This document shows, piece after piece, positions 12,047 through 23,636 of a DNA stretch of 35,159 bases. The DNA lies in the NCBI GenBank assembly GCA_001662655.1, contig KV460247.1. One strand, 5' to 3'. Under the pieces are notes generated by a model that saw only the letters and a list, made by a program, of their open reading frames with translations, was not told the origin of the DNA and did no database searches. Position 1 is the stretch's first letter. Each line of letters starts with the position of its first letter. The position numbers and the translations under genes are program-made. This DNA is from Pseudogymnoascus verrucosus (lineage: Eukaryota).

Positions 12047-14749
12047 CTATATCACCTCCTTAAACCTCGAATCCCGCGCCGGGCTCAACGGCCTCGAACT
12101 CTCAAAAATCGGCATCGCCACATCTGCATCATTGAACTGATCCCTCGCCTCCTCCGATTCATGCCACTCCTCCCTCGGCGCCGCTGTTTCCTTCGCCGGG
12201 TAAGACGCCAACCCACCACCCGCAGCCGACCCCTCCTGCTCCTGCGAGTACTTGGACCCATCCGTGCCCGTCAAGAACTTCGATACAGGAACCTCATTCT
12301 CATCGCCATACATAGCCTTGGAAGCTACCTGCGTCGGCTTCCCATTCTCATCGCCATACATAGCCTTGGAAGCTACCTGCGTCGGCGTCCCATCAGGCTG
12401 CTGCGCAAGCGAAGCACCTCCGACAAACAGGCCACTGGAACCGTTCTGTTTCTCCTGCTCCTCTTTCTGACCCTTGCTCGTCCGGCGGAACGCCGTCTTC
12501 AGCCACGACTTGACGCCCTGCTGTGACGTTGTGGACGTCTGGGATGGCCGCGTGCTCTTCTGGAGCCGCGTAAACGGCAGCGAGCTCTTGCCTTTGTCGG
12601 TGTACTCGGAGACGGGGATCTCGGGGACGTCCTCCTCTTCGATAGGCTCGGGAGGTTGGACGGCTAGAGTGGGCGGGGCGGGCTCGACGGGCTTAACAGG
12701 CTCGGCGACTCGGACGTGCTGGGTAGGTGGTGTGATTGGGGCTTGCTGGACTGGCTGAACAGCTGGAGCGGGCTCGACATAAGTTGGCTCGACACGCTCA
12801 ACAAGTGGTTCATAGCGCTCGACAGGTGGTTCATAACGCCCGACAGGCGGTTCGTATTCAGCGGTGGCGACTCGATCATACTCGGAGACACCTCCACCGC
12901 CACCAACTGCCCCGCTCATGGCCATCGGCTCTTGCACGTAGGAATCCCTGCTTTGGGTGCTCTTGGTCTTATTGCTCTGCCTCGACCAGCGCTTGCTCTG
13001 GCGCTTGAAGAATGTTTCTTGGCTCTTCCTTTCCTTCTTCTCGTGCTTGTCATGTTCTTACACTGGGGTTAGCAAAGTACTTTAACACGAGGTGGAATCC
13101 CAGACTTACCTTTCAACTGCTTGTCGATTTCCTTGAGCTCCTGATCACGCTCCCTTTCCCTCTCAATCCGGCGCTTTGCCTCTTCCTCGTCCAGCTTTAT
13201 CTCGGTCCGGCGTGCTTGCTCGGCATCAGACTTAGTATTAATCTGGTGCAGCACGGGCTGGACGTTCCTGAATGCTAATGCATCGACTGAACTACGATCA
13301 ACAAGGGCTCCGTTTCCAATAGATACCTTATCCCCTCGTTGCTGAGGGACCTGTTGCTGTTGCACGCGCTGCTGGGCAATCGCCATTGGCAATGTCTCTT
13401 GGCCCATCATAGACGGAGTAGGTCGTCCTGTCTGAGCATAGACACGCTCATCGATGCCCTGGAGACTTCTTTGAACGTTGCGCTGAGCCGCGGCAAGTAG
13501 CATATCGCGATCTCTTTGCCTCGTTTTGGCATCAATTTGTGACATGTCAGATGAGTATAGCGGTGCTGCTGCTTGAAACCTGACGTTTCCTCTCCGGTCT
13601 CGACTCTCTTCCAGCGATATATCACTTGAAGCGCGACGACGGAAGCGCCCTTTGGAAAGCCTCTGGGATGGCTGGGGGGTACCGTAATACTCGAGATACT
13701 CGCGGTTCTTGAAATTCTCATCGTGAAGCTTCGCCAGGCGCTCTTGAGCAAGCCGTTGTGCGGCTTCTTGAAGGTTGCCGTATTTCATGGGCGTCGGCTC
13801 GTTACCCATCAAAGACGTAGACCGTCCCCTCCCATGCGCTGCAGTCGCGGCATACCCAGCCTCTCCGGTTTCCTTCTCGCGCTTCTCTATAATCTTATAC
13901 ATCTGCTGGGCCATTGCGACCGCAGAGGCGTGCATGCTATCCTCCTTCTGTTTCTGGTCGGCTTCCGAGGGTTGGGGCGGGTGTGAGGTGTATCTTTCCT
14001 TCCCCATGTTAGTCACTGGGGTCGCGCCGCCCTGTGGAATCTCGAATCTCCGTCTCCTAGATACGGTGTCCGCGTGCGTTGCTGCGCGCAAAGCGTTGGC
14101 GCGCGCATTCATCTCGTCAGGGTATTTTGGTCCCAATGGAGGAGTAGAGTCCGCCCGTGGCCTAGGGCTTGCCATTGCTCCGGTCGCAGCCATCAACGAG
14201 CGACGTCTGTTCAACTGCGAGGCCCTATCGGGGGTTGGTAGAGCTTGTAGGCTTCTTCTATCCTTTTGCATCGCCACGTTGGCAGCTGAATTGCCGAACC
14301 CGGCAGATTTCGGCCTGGGTGGTACGGCTTTTTGATCAGCTACTCTCAGGTCCGACTTCGCCGCCAAAACTGCAGCTCGAGCTCCACTGGCGCTCTGTTG
14401 AGGCTGCCACGACGGGTTTGACCTGCGCGTCCAGCCTATAGTGGCAGCGGTCGAAGCTGATGTCGTCGGGTCGGGTTTCCAGATCTCGACGGGCTTTTGG
14501 TTGGCCCATCCAAGATTCGCGGCTGCGCCGGCATGCGCATCTCTATTTTGCCGGTTGGGTGGCAAACCGACAGAGGGATAGCTAGGCAGGTCTTGGGGCC
14601 GAGCATATTTCAGAGAGGCGGCGGCACCTGGCAACAAGTCAGTATGGTTTGTAGACGTGAGAGTGGGATGATTTACCTGCCGACGATAGCTTGTTGTTGC
14701 TGTCAAGATAGCGAGAGCCGCTGCCATTGGTAAGTGTAGTGGAGCCCAT
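12047..14749 (-). CDS. Eisosome protein 1 (Eis1)-like protein
   Basis: Three-exon model: ATG 14749 (MGSTTLTNG), intron 14676-14628, long exon 2, short intron near 13058-13110, exon 3 to stop at 12047. AAASLKYARPQDLPSYPSVG, NLQEAAQRLAQERLAKLHDE, LLAAAQRNV, KVSIGNG..V..S.VD.LA..NVQPVL, and the ending SPARDSRFKEVI are recalled as typical of Pezizomycotina Eis1-like proteins. Confidence 0.75.
12295..12386. repeat. In-frame 48-bp-period tandem duplication in the Eis1-like CDS
   Basis: Two identical 44-bp copies (12295-12338, 12343-12386) encoding PTQVASKAMYGDEN twice. Confidence 0.95.
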
Positions 14750-15829
14750 TGTTATCAACAAAGCTCCCAGAGCTCACAGCGCGCTTATGATATCGCTCGG
14801 AATTGCCGGTCGTCGGTATTGTAATCGCTCGTCGCAGCTCGATTGACGCTCCGAGTGGGAATGAGTCGGTGGATAATGATACAATAATTGTACAGTAGGA
14901 AGAGAGCGTGTCTAGATACTCGAGCCCATGCGACGGATCAATGGACGAGTACTACGCCTCCGTTGGTAGTGAATGATGCGACTGAGGTGAAAGAAGTTTG
15001 GATGTGGAGGAAGGAGAAGGTAGTTTGGGGTGGCAAGATATGATTCTGAGGGCGATAGAGATGGCAGGGCTAGACTCTAGACTGGGAAAATAGCTGGGTT
15101 TCCTAACTTGGTCTATGATGATCGACGTGATTAACGACATGACCGCATCAGTCTGCTTTGACGCAGTTCAGCCACGCCAAATGAGGAAAGGTTTCATCGG
15201 ATGGCCGAGTCTGACCCAGATACCGGGATCGTGACGTCATCATACATTTGTGACAAGAACCCTACAAGGGTGCGCTTATGTTGATCGGTGAGAAAAGGCT
15301 CCGAGTGCCGAAGAAGGGGGTTCGAAGATTCTGACTATAGAGATATTAGCTTTCTGTATTGCCTCATGTTTTGGACATACGTATTGTAAGTTACTATATT
15401 TACAATAATAAATGTATGTTGTACATCAAAAGTCGAGAGGAACCAACACGCAATGGTGGGTGTACGCCAAAGGTCACTACTACGTAATCCCCCCAATCTC
15501 AATCGAATGCCCCAAAGAATAGTTAGACCAGAGCCATCTGATCTAGCGGGTAAGTCTCGCCGCCGGTAGTTATACTATATGACGGCGACCATCTCGTCCA
15601 CGTTGACCCCGAGAAAGGCAAGTATCGTCTTTGGGATGAAAAAAAGTTGTTTACCATGACGCTAGGTGCCCGAGAGTGAGACAGATGTAAGTCAGGGTGA
15701 GTGGAGGCAGTGAGTGAGGTGGGTGAGCAGCAAGATGGGCGACTTGGTGGGTGTAGAAGACGGAAATGTTGAATTGCACGTGGCAATAACCCAATAGCAG
15801 GGTGCTGCGAGAATCAGATTTAATGATGC

Positions 15830-17070
15830 GATGAATGCATCAGCTAAGCTAGCCGGAGTACGACAAGAGCTACTAGCAAGTAAGGAAGACACGGAGAAAA
15901 TCCAAGCTGCCATGAGACAAACTGAGCACCTCATGGCAGAGGGCCATAGCAGCAGAGTGACATGAGAGACAAATCTGCCGCCTGGTCGCAATTGGAAGCG
16001 AGTCTCCACGCAGAATATCAGAAAGCTTCTGATAGCTCCTCTTCCCAGAAAGCTGCAATTGCCAACCTCGAGAGGCGTATCCGAGAGATGACGACGGAGA
16101 AGAACATCATTACAGCCACTGGCGTCGAGGCAGTTAGGAATCTCGACACAGCAGCAGCAAAAAATGTATTCCTCGTCACGTATGGCGGTAAGCTTAGAGA
16201 GAGAATTACCATGGCCGAGCGAGGTCAGAGAAATCTTGCAAGCATGGTCGAAATCACAGAGATGGAAATATATGTATTACCCAAATAGCCGCTGAGGCAG
16301 AGGCCTAATCCCAGCATGCCCACAACCAACTAGAAAGTGGTACAGTCGCTTCAAAGCTGGCGGTGAGCATCATAGAGGAACACCAAGCACGAAATGATCA
16401 GCTCACTCACCGCCGTTTCCAGTTACACATCATCGCAGCTGGGGCGGCTGGTGTTGTGGCAGCGAAGGCGGCAACCAAGGCGTACGACAAACTGCGGGAT
16501 AGACATGATAAATCCCAAGACGACCGCTCCGTGACAAGTGCACAAGACGACCTACGGAAAGGCTGGCAACAGAGTTGGCAGCGCACAAGGACAGCTCAAC
16601 GGGAGCTGATGCACAGTATAAGGCCCTGGGGTCTTCACATAGTGAAGCGTTCAGGATCATCGAGGAAACCAGGGGTGCCCTTCGACTAGAGTCAGGGACT
16701 TCTCGCGCGTTGCGACCTGAGGTTGAATTCCTCACTGATGAGGCGCAGTCACAGGCACGGCGAGAAGAGAATCTCAGCCAGTGAGAGGCTGATCTTGGCG
16801 TCTCGAGCTGAGGCCTAGAGAAAACACTCCCGGCAGATCGCGCTCCATGGTGCTACAAGTTGGACAGTTGCCTCTGCAGATGCAGAGGCAACTGCGACAC
16901 TAGGCGGCTTAACGCCAGGCAAATTCATAAGCACACGTTACGATGCGGAATCTGTTGCACTCCCGAAACTGTCAACGTCAAGAATTCACAAAGAGAATAT
17001 GTTACCAGGAGAAGACCATACAAGCCCGCATCCGGTCATCCTGACGGCATCGGCGTATAAAAGAACATTG
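15830..17070 (+). pseudogene. Possible degenerate coiled-coil protein gene
   Basis: Successive short same-strand ORFs in different frames rich in E/Q/K/A/L (QELLASKEDTEKIQAAM, AIANLERRIREM, KAYDKLRDRHDK, EETRGALRLE), broken by stops and frameshifts. No family recognised; boundaries approximate. Confidence 0.4.
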
Positions 17071-17251
17071 CCGATGGTGAAGGCGTCTCTCATTCTCCGC
17101 GGCGTTGACCATGATGACTCGATAATGCTGCAAGTAGAATTGTAAGCGGAGGTTACAGAATTCGATCGTGGGATTGTAGGTGTGGTATTCGCTATGCTTA
17201 TATACAGGATACAGATAACCAGCCAAGCAATCCTCCATCAGCCTCACGCCG

Positions 17252-18148
17252 TCAATCCTCATCATCGGAATCATCATCATTGGAATCATCCCCTCCCGCG
17301 CCTCCTCCCACGTTTCCTCCCCCTGTGGTGGCTCCCCCGAGAACCGTTCCTGCCCCGACATTCCCCCCTGTGCTGCCTCCACCAGTATTTGAAGCACCGC
17401 CTTCATCATCATCATCGTCGTCGTCGTCATCATCACCATCATCTCCATCCCCAGCATTCGCCTGAATCGGCACCGCCCCCGCCGCCGGCGCAATCGGCGC
17501 TCCCGCCAACGCCGCCCATGTCGCAAACTCCGCACTTCTCGCCAACCCCAGACTCGCCGTGAAGTCTCCAAACCCACTATCATGGAAGCCGAGGATACCC
17601 GCGCTCGTTTCCGGGCCTCCTACAGCTGTCTTCGCCAACGCCCATCCCATCTCCGCGTCTCCAGCTGTGTCTGCCGCGCCGAGACCGAAGGCGGCGTCGA
17701 GACAGCCTTCGCATAGGAATGTGTAGGTGAGGAAGGTGTTGCTGACGGATGTGCCTTTGGCGATGGGGCGGATGGCGAAAGAGCCGGTTACTTCGGGGGG
17801 GTTGTCATCTTCGTTCTCGGCTTGACGAAAAGAGGAGATTACGTTCCCGGCGCCGTCGGACCAGGCGGCCAGGAGGAGTGGGCCTTCCATGTCGCCCGTC
17901 ATGGAGAAGCCGCCCCAGCCGTTGCCGCCATTGAGTGGGAAGGTTAGTTGACCGATGAAATCTGTTGTGGGTTCGGTGGGGAGGGCGATGCCAAAGCCGA
18001 AGGTCGTTTTGGCGCCGAAGAAGCGCTGGAAGGATATGCCGGTGTTGGGGTCGGTGAAGGCTGTTGTCCCTTTTTTTTGGGCGACGGTGGTGTCTGTGAG
18101 GGTAGAGAGGACGAGTCCTAGGAAAAGGTAGGCACTGGAGTGAGCCAT
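17252..18148 (-). CDS. Secreted cellobiose-dehydrogenase cytochrome-domain protein (CDH-cyt / AA8) with acidic Gly/Asp tail
   Basis: Intronless 298 aa from ATG 18148. Signal peptide; FTDPNTGISFQ, FGFGIALP, DFIGQL, GWGG.S..GDMEGPLLLAAW (heme Met), FLCEGC (disulfide), GFHDSGFG (heme His). Confidence 0.92.
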   Translation of the reverse strand: MAHSSAYLFLGLVLSTLTDTTVAQKKGTTAFTDPNTGISFQRFFGAKTTFGFGIALPTEPTTDFIGQLTFPLNGGNGWGGFSMTGDMEGPLLLAAWSDGAGNVISSFRQAENEDDNPPEVTGSFAIRPIAKGTSVSNTFLTYTFLCEGCLDAAFGLGAADTAGDAEMGWALAKTAVGGPETSAGILGFHDSGFGDFTASLGLARSAEFATWAALAGAPIAPAAGAVPIQANAGDGDDGDDDDDDDDDDEGGASNTGGGSTGGNVGAGTVLGGATTGGGNVGGGAGGDDSNDDDSDDED

Positions 18149-18520
18149 GATGTGTAACGTTGAATTCAGAGATATATGATTGTACTTCGAGGTAAGAAAT
18201 GGAAAAGGCAGATATTCGTGTTCAAAGCTGCAGAATGAGAACTGCAAGATGAGTACAGAAAGAATACGACAGAGGGAAATCCATCAGTTTATATACCCAT
18301 AATAAATGTAGCTATTTTGAAAAATGAGACATGCCCAGCTCTCTCCTGCCACCAGTCTGCCGTACTAGACTACCATCTGCCGCCCATCAATCAACATGAT
18401 CCAGCAATTCACCGAGAACAAGACCTCAAAATAAACATCACACGCCACCAGCGATCAATCCCAATCACCGAGCGTCTCCGCAACTGAAAAAGTTTATTTC
18501 GAGAAGAGGGGCTGCAACAT

Positions 18521-18637
18521 GTCAGTTTGGACAAGACCCTCAGCCAAGCACGCGACAATATACTATATGCGGGGTCTGACAAGTCAGCTTCCACAAAACC
18601 CGCAGCCAAGCACGCGGCAGTATTCTGCATGCGGGGT
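18521..18637. promoter_or_regulatory. Duplicated 62-bp-period module upstream of the AA8 gene, each copy with GCCAAG (PacC-type) and GCGGGG (CreA-type) sites
   Basis: 18521-18575 aligns ungapped to 18583-18637 with 10 mismatches in 55 bp. CAGCCAAGCACGCG and ATGCGGGGT are identical in both copies. Regulatory role is inferred. Confidence 0.55.
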
Positions 18638-19019
18638 TAGTACCGCTCAGGTCGTTTTCACAAATGTTTCTAGATCGGCAATTCGGCAATCTGTAACGGA
18701 GAATTGCTATTATTAGCGGAAAGGTGGATTTCTGATTATTTGAGAGTGTTGTGGTTGGTGTTTTGGAAAAGGGGTAAAACGAGGACTCCAGACGGTGAGT
18801 GTCTCATCTGCCAACCCCCTGAAAAGCATGCACTTCTCCAGATTATCGCGATGTAATTAAAAATCAACTATGTAATGCATGTGATATATCCTTACCTGAT
18901 ACGCCCCCCTTTCAACCGCGAAACTGCACAACTTTCCGCGATAACATCTGGTGTGCCTATCAATTTATTCGTGCATTAGCGAAAGTTTGCTTCTACGGCT
19001 ACTCTACCCCATAAACAGT

Positions 19020-20530
19020 TTACTTTGGTATCGAACAGCTCCCCTCGTCGTACACAACTTTCCCCATCCCCGCCATCCCCGCCATCTCCCACCACATAGT
19101 TCTCCCCTCATCCCCGCCGTCTCCTGTCTTTTCCATATCCCCAATGGAGATCAAGTCCCCCAGATCGTTGACATACTCGTAGACGACAATTTCTCCCCAG
19201 ACTTCCTCACTCATATCTCTGCCTTTGGCCACCAGGATCGCACGGGGGACACTCATATATCGGATCGAGTTAATACACTGGCGCTGGCCGAATAGGACAA
19301 ACGAGGTCTGGTTGGGAATCTGATCCTTCGGTACCACATAGCCTATGGCGTCGATCTCGATCTCGGTGTTGCTCAAAGCAATGCGAATATCAATTTGTAC
19401 TCGAGTGGCGTCCGTATTCCGATAGGGGTCGTGTGCGGGTTGCGCAAGGTATTTCCTGAAGTCGTCCGACAGGAGGTCTTCCGATATGATTGTACTCTGG
19501 GCACTGGTAGCAAGACTGGTGGGATACAGGGGTTCTTTCATTTGTCAGATGGGCTCAACTGTTATGCTGCCCATTTGGACGATTTGATTGCAGAAGGATG
19601 GGAACTAGCGGGAGAGCAGCCCATTAGTGACGATGAAGTTGGTGCTGGGAAGATTGCGCTGGAGAGTAACGAGATGGCGGAAGCTGGTGCAAAGGTGGAG
19701 GGGGCGGGGAAGAGAAAGCGAGGCGACGATGAAGAAGACGGTGGTGTTGCTGGGAAGAAGAAAAGGGTTACTGGTGAATGCTGATTTGGGGGTATAGCCT
19801 GTATGTTTTAGCTTGTCCACTTTTGCTACCCAATTTAACTACAAACATCCGAAATCACGCGTCGTTCTTTCATGGGAGCATGATGTGTCGCGGGGGTGGC
19901 CTCTTCAAGTTTACTATCAGAAGTTGTTTCAAAGGGAATCCGTTTGTAAAGTTGAAGAGCATCACTTATACCATACAACTGTTCATTTGTGACTCTCTAT
20001 AACCACGCCGAGTCTATTCTACAGTATCTTTGAAATTTGCCCGGATAGGCACTCGCTCTATCGGGATCATTGGTGACGGAATAAACTCGCCGACGCGGGC
20101 ATGGCGCTCAAAGACAAATCGAGATGCATCCCCCCCAAGCTTTCCCTGTGACACATGATACGTAAACTTGTCGTCGGCGAGAGCCGCTGCAGAATCTAAC
20201 AACCATTTCCTCCATTCCCACATCTCCCCATCCCCTTCTGCCCGAACAATCCCTTCAACATCCACCCCAGGCCTCAGCGGCGCAAATATCTCCATCATGT
20301 CATCGTTGGTAAACAAGTCGTTCCATACAAATATATGCACGTACAAATATATGCACGTACAAATATATGCACGCACTCACGTAAGTTTACGTCTGGAAGT
20401 ACACTCGGGGAGAAAGGAGCGAGGGCAGGAGTTGATGCAACAGTCACATTGACATAAAAAAGAAGGCGGCGAAATGGCTAGCTTGTCCACTAGTTGTCAT
20501 TGGCTTCAGAACTACCGATGCTCTCGGCAT
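19020..20530 (-). pseudogene. Disrupted gene of unknown family with a C-terminal retropepsin-like (aspartic protease) domain
   Basis: Protein-like segments (VHIFVWNDLFTNDDMMEIF..WEWRKWLLDS; LATSAQSTIISEDLL..VQIDIRIAL..VLFGQRQCI) separated by stops and frameshifts. ATSAQSTIIS resembles DTGAQSTIIS. The 5' boundary is uncertain. Confidence 0.5.
20326..20373. repeat. Three perfect tandem copies of a 16-bp unit TACAAATATATGCACG
   Basis: Copies at 20326-20341, 20342-20357, 20358-20373. Confidence 0.97.
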
Positions 20531-20624
20531 GTAAGTTAAATTGGCAAATATATCATCTCTCTAAAGCTCTACGACCGCCTCATCATCAACTTTAGTAGTG
20601 CAGATGCAAATGTCGTTCTGCTAC

Positions 20625-22995
20625 TTACACCCTTTCTTCCGCACTCCCAACTTTCGCATGCGCGCCTACAATATCTTCTGTGGCTTTCTCATGCAGCGTC
20701 ACCGTGACATCGTTGGTAAGCAGATGGTCTACATTGGGCGCAAAGATAGTCAAGATGATTCCAACGCCACTGAACGCGATGGTACTCAGAAAGACAGTCT
20801 TGAAAGCATCTGAACTCGCCTCCTGATATGCTCTGATGCCAATAGCTTGGATAGCGGGGGTAAGACCTACAACGGCTTCCCACGCCGTCTCGCCGGCAGT
20901 GATAGCAGCAATGAACGCTGGAACAGACGTTTCGGGGAGGCCCGCTTGGACTAGTGCTGGCGGTACTTGAGCTGGGATGGTTTGAGCGAGGCGGTTGGAG
21001 AGGATGACCGTATAGACACTTTGGCAAGGGAAGTGTTAGCGAGGTGCTGGAGAAAATCCTGGGAAATTTTAACGACTTACGTGGAGCAGATTGTTGAAAT
21101 AAACGACCTCGAGGAGCCAGCAACTCCAGTAGCGGTGCCAATCTCTCGCTGATCGTCGATACTGATCGTGGCGACGACGCTATTCAGGATCTCGTTCCAG
21201 CCGATGAAAAATGAGGCAAAGAATATGAGTAACATTGCTCTGATGGGTGTATCAGGGTTACAGGAAGCGGCCGCTATCGAGGAAAGAAAGTCAGTCCACG
21301 GATCTTGAGTGTGAGCAAAGAAGGATTTGAGGAAGGCTTACCTCCTAGAAATACGCTACCTATTGTAAACACTGCCATGATTTGGTAGTTTGTCTTTTTG
21401 CGAAACGGAGCGCCAACCTAATTGATCATTAGCTGGTGGATCTCTCCGCTGATCGACCCGGAGTGCTTACAATTTCACCAGCCAAGATTCCCGAGTTCGA
21501 TACGCACGATGCCCAGCCTGCCCACATGTTGCCGTGACCACTTGCATATAGACTAGCTACCATGCTTGGCCAAAGAATAGCCATTGCGTAGTAGACAGCG
21601 GCACCTAGAGACCAGAGTATGACCGATATGACCCATCCGCGGTTCTTAAAGAGGTGCATCGGGAGCAGGGGCTCCCTCAATGGCACAAAAGTCTCGTAGA
21701 GAACGAATAAAACGAGAAGGCTAAAGCCAACGACGATGGTGCCAATGACATGGCCACTATTCCAAGGGTATAGAGCTCCACCCTAATTAAGATGTTAGCC
21801 CGGTTTTACCGTCAACAAGCTCGACTTGCGTACCCAAGAAAGCCCCATAAGGAACAAGAGCAGTCCCATCGTTACGAGGAAAGTTCCAACGTAATCAAAG
21901 TCCTTGACGAACTTCATTTTGTGACCAGAACCGTGCTTCATGCTGAACGACGGAGGACGGTAGAACAAGTACCAGGCGAGTGTGGCAGCGGCATTGAGGG
22001 CGGTGAGGAGGTAGTAGATACTGTGGTGAATAGACGTTAGTGGATATTTGTTTCATAAGAATACCGGCGTTCACAGCCACAACTGTATGCCATCTTCGCA
22101 TAAGGCAAAGATCAGAGTAGTGGGGTAGATTGCAGCTTCAATAGTCAGGGTCAGAATAAACAGAGAAATCGGCCTACCCTCTCCATCCAACGCTGGTTTT
22201 GAAAACAAAAGCATACGATATTACTGGCGCAAAGCCGCTGGTTGGAATCGCCCAACAGAACCTAGAGATCTCATCAGCTCCGAGTCCGGGTTCTACAACG
22301 AACTGCTGTAGAGAACTTACACAAAGCCAGTGGCCAGGAACCTATATTTAGTCGGCACAATTTCGCCAACGACGACTGTAATCCTGGTTGTCAGCTGTCA
22401 TCCAGCAATGGCGGTAGATTCTTGTAATAAACTTACAAGCGTAAGAGAGTTGCACGGCGGCTCCAATACCAACTAGTGTTTCTCCAGCGATCAAAGCCGG
22501 TACGTTGGGAGCTATAGCACAAACAATACTGCCGATCAAGGCGATAGAATTGCCAATGATGAAGAACCAGCGGCGTCCAAAAATGTCCGTGAGGCGACCA
22601 ACAAGTATGAGACCAATCGAACTGGTCAGTAAGTAACTGAGTGCTACCCAGGTGATGTTAGGATCGGGTCCTAGGTCCGCATTTATAAACCCGAGGCTGC
22701 AATAGAAGCTTAGTATGTGTTCAAATCAAAGGAAGGTCGCCCAGTGGTCTTACATAGGAGCAGCGAATCCGAAGCCACCTACACCACAAGCGAAGCTCAA
22801 GCCTATAGCGACCATAGACCCGAGGAATGATGGGCTGTAGAAGTATCCCTTGGGAAGATTCTTCTCGTCAATGGTGAAGTCACGGCCTTTGACATCATCC
22901 TTATCTGCCGTTGCAGATTTTGAAAGCGACGAATGGTCAATATGATCATATTGCGTAATACTACCGACGATCTTCTCATGGACGGTGGTCGCCAT
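20625..22995 (-). CDS. MFS transporter, fungal trichothecene efflux pump (TRI12)-like family
   Basis: Multi-exon model (about 8 introns), apparently intact: LPKGYFYSPSFLGS, INADLGP, VGRLTDIFGRRWFFI, GEIVP.KYR, GWRGIYY, FYRPP, FDYVG, LSWGGALYPW, QREIGTATG, ends SAEERV-TAA (20625-20627). Confidence 0.92.
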
Positions 22996-23586
22996 CTTAT
23001 CAAATAGAATCAAGCGGGCGAGACAGCTAGAGGTCCACGCGAACACCTCTAATGGTCCGAAATTGGCGAGGCACATGGTGTCTTTTATCATCGTTGGAAT
23101 ACTGATCATTCAGGACCAGATCTGGACAAGATGATCCGGCAAGCGAGACTGGATCCCCATGGGAGTTGGAGACACAGAGGGGTTTACTGGATCGAAAGGT
23201 ATGAGTGCGCTAAACAGATCGCGATACTGGGCAGGATCGCACCTGGGGCGTACTCTGGCTTACAGCTAGGCTAACTAGTGATGCAACTAACCGTGTGCAA
23301 CATTGCCAGCGTGGGTCGTAGCGTAATACAGCTTTAAATGATGATTTCAATGGTAGTTTCCTTACGAACGTTGAGTAACGGTCATTCCTATTTGTGGTCT
23401 ATGGTATTAACACACTGTAATAAATCACCGTCTAGCTAATAGAAGCTACAAGGAGTACACTGGTGTGCTTAGGGAGAGACGGAAGGGGGTACAGTGATGC
23501 AGGGAGTGTTAGGATTGTTTGTGATTAGTTGCGCTCAGGGAAGCTGCAGTCGGGAGCGTATGATGTTGGCAAGCAGTGGATACTTG

Positions 23587-23636
23587 GATGCGGGGAACGG
23601 GGGAGCGGGGTTCCCGCTAATGTGGAGATGCGGGGG
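23587..23636. promoter_or_regulatory. Cluster of four SYGGRG (CreA/Cre1-type) sites upstream of the MFS gene
   Basis: GCGGGG at 23590, 23605, 23630 and GTGGAG at 23622. Confidence 0.5.

Noticed and set aside
17002..17583. His/Pro-rich and Met/Arg-rich ORFs
   Set aside because: Alternative frames of the Asp/Gly low-complexity tail of the AA8 gene.
20625..22995. Calling the transporter TRI12 or the region a trichothecene cluster
   Set aside because: Only family-level similarity; no trichodiene synthase, P450 or other TRI genes are present.
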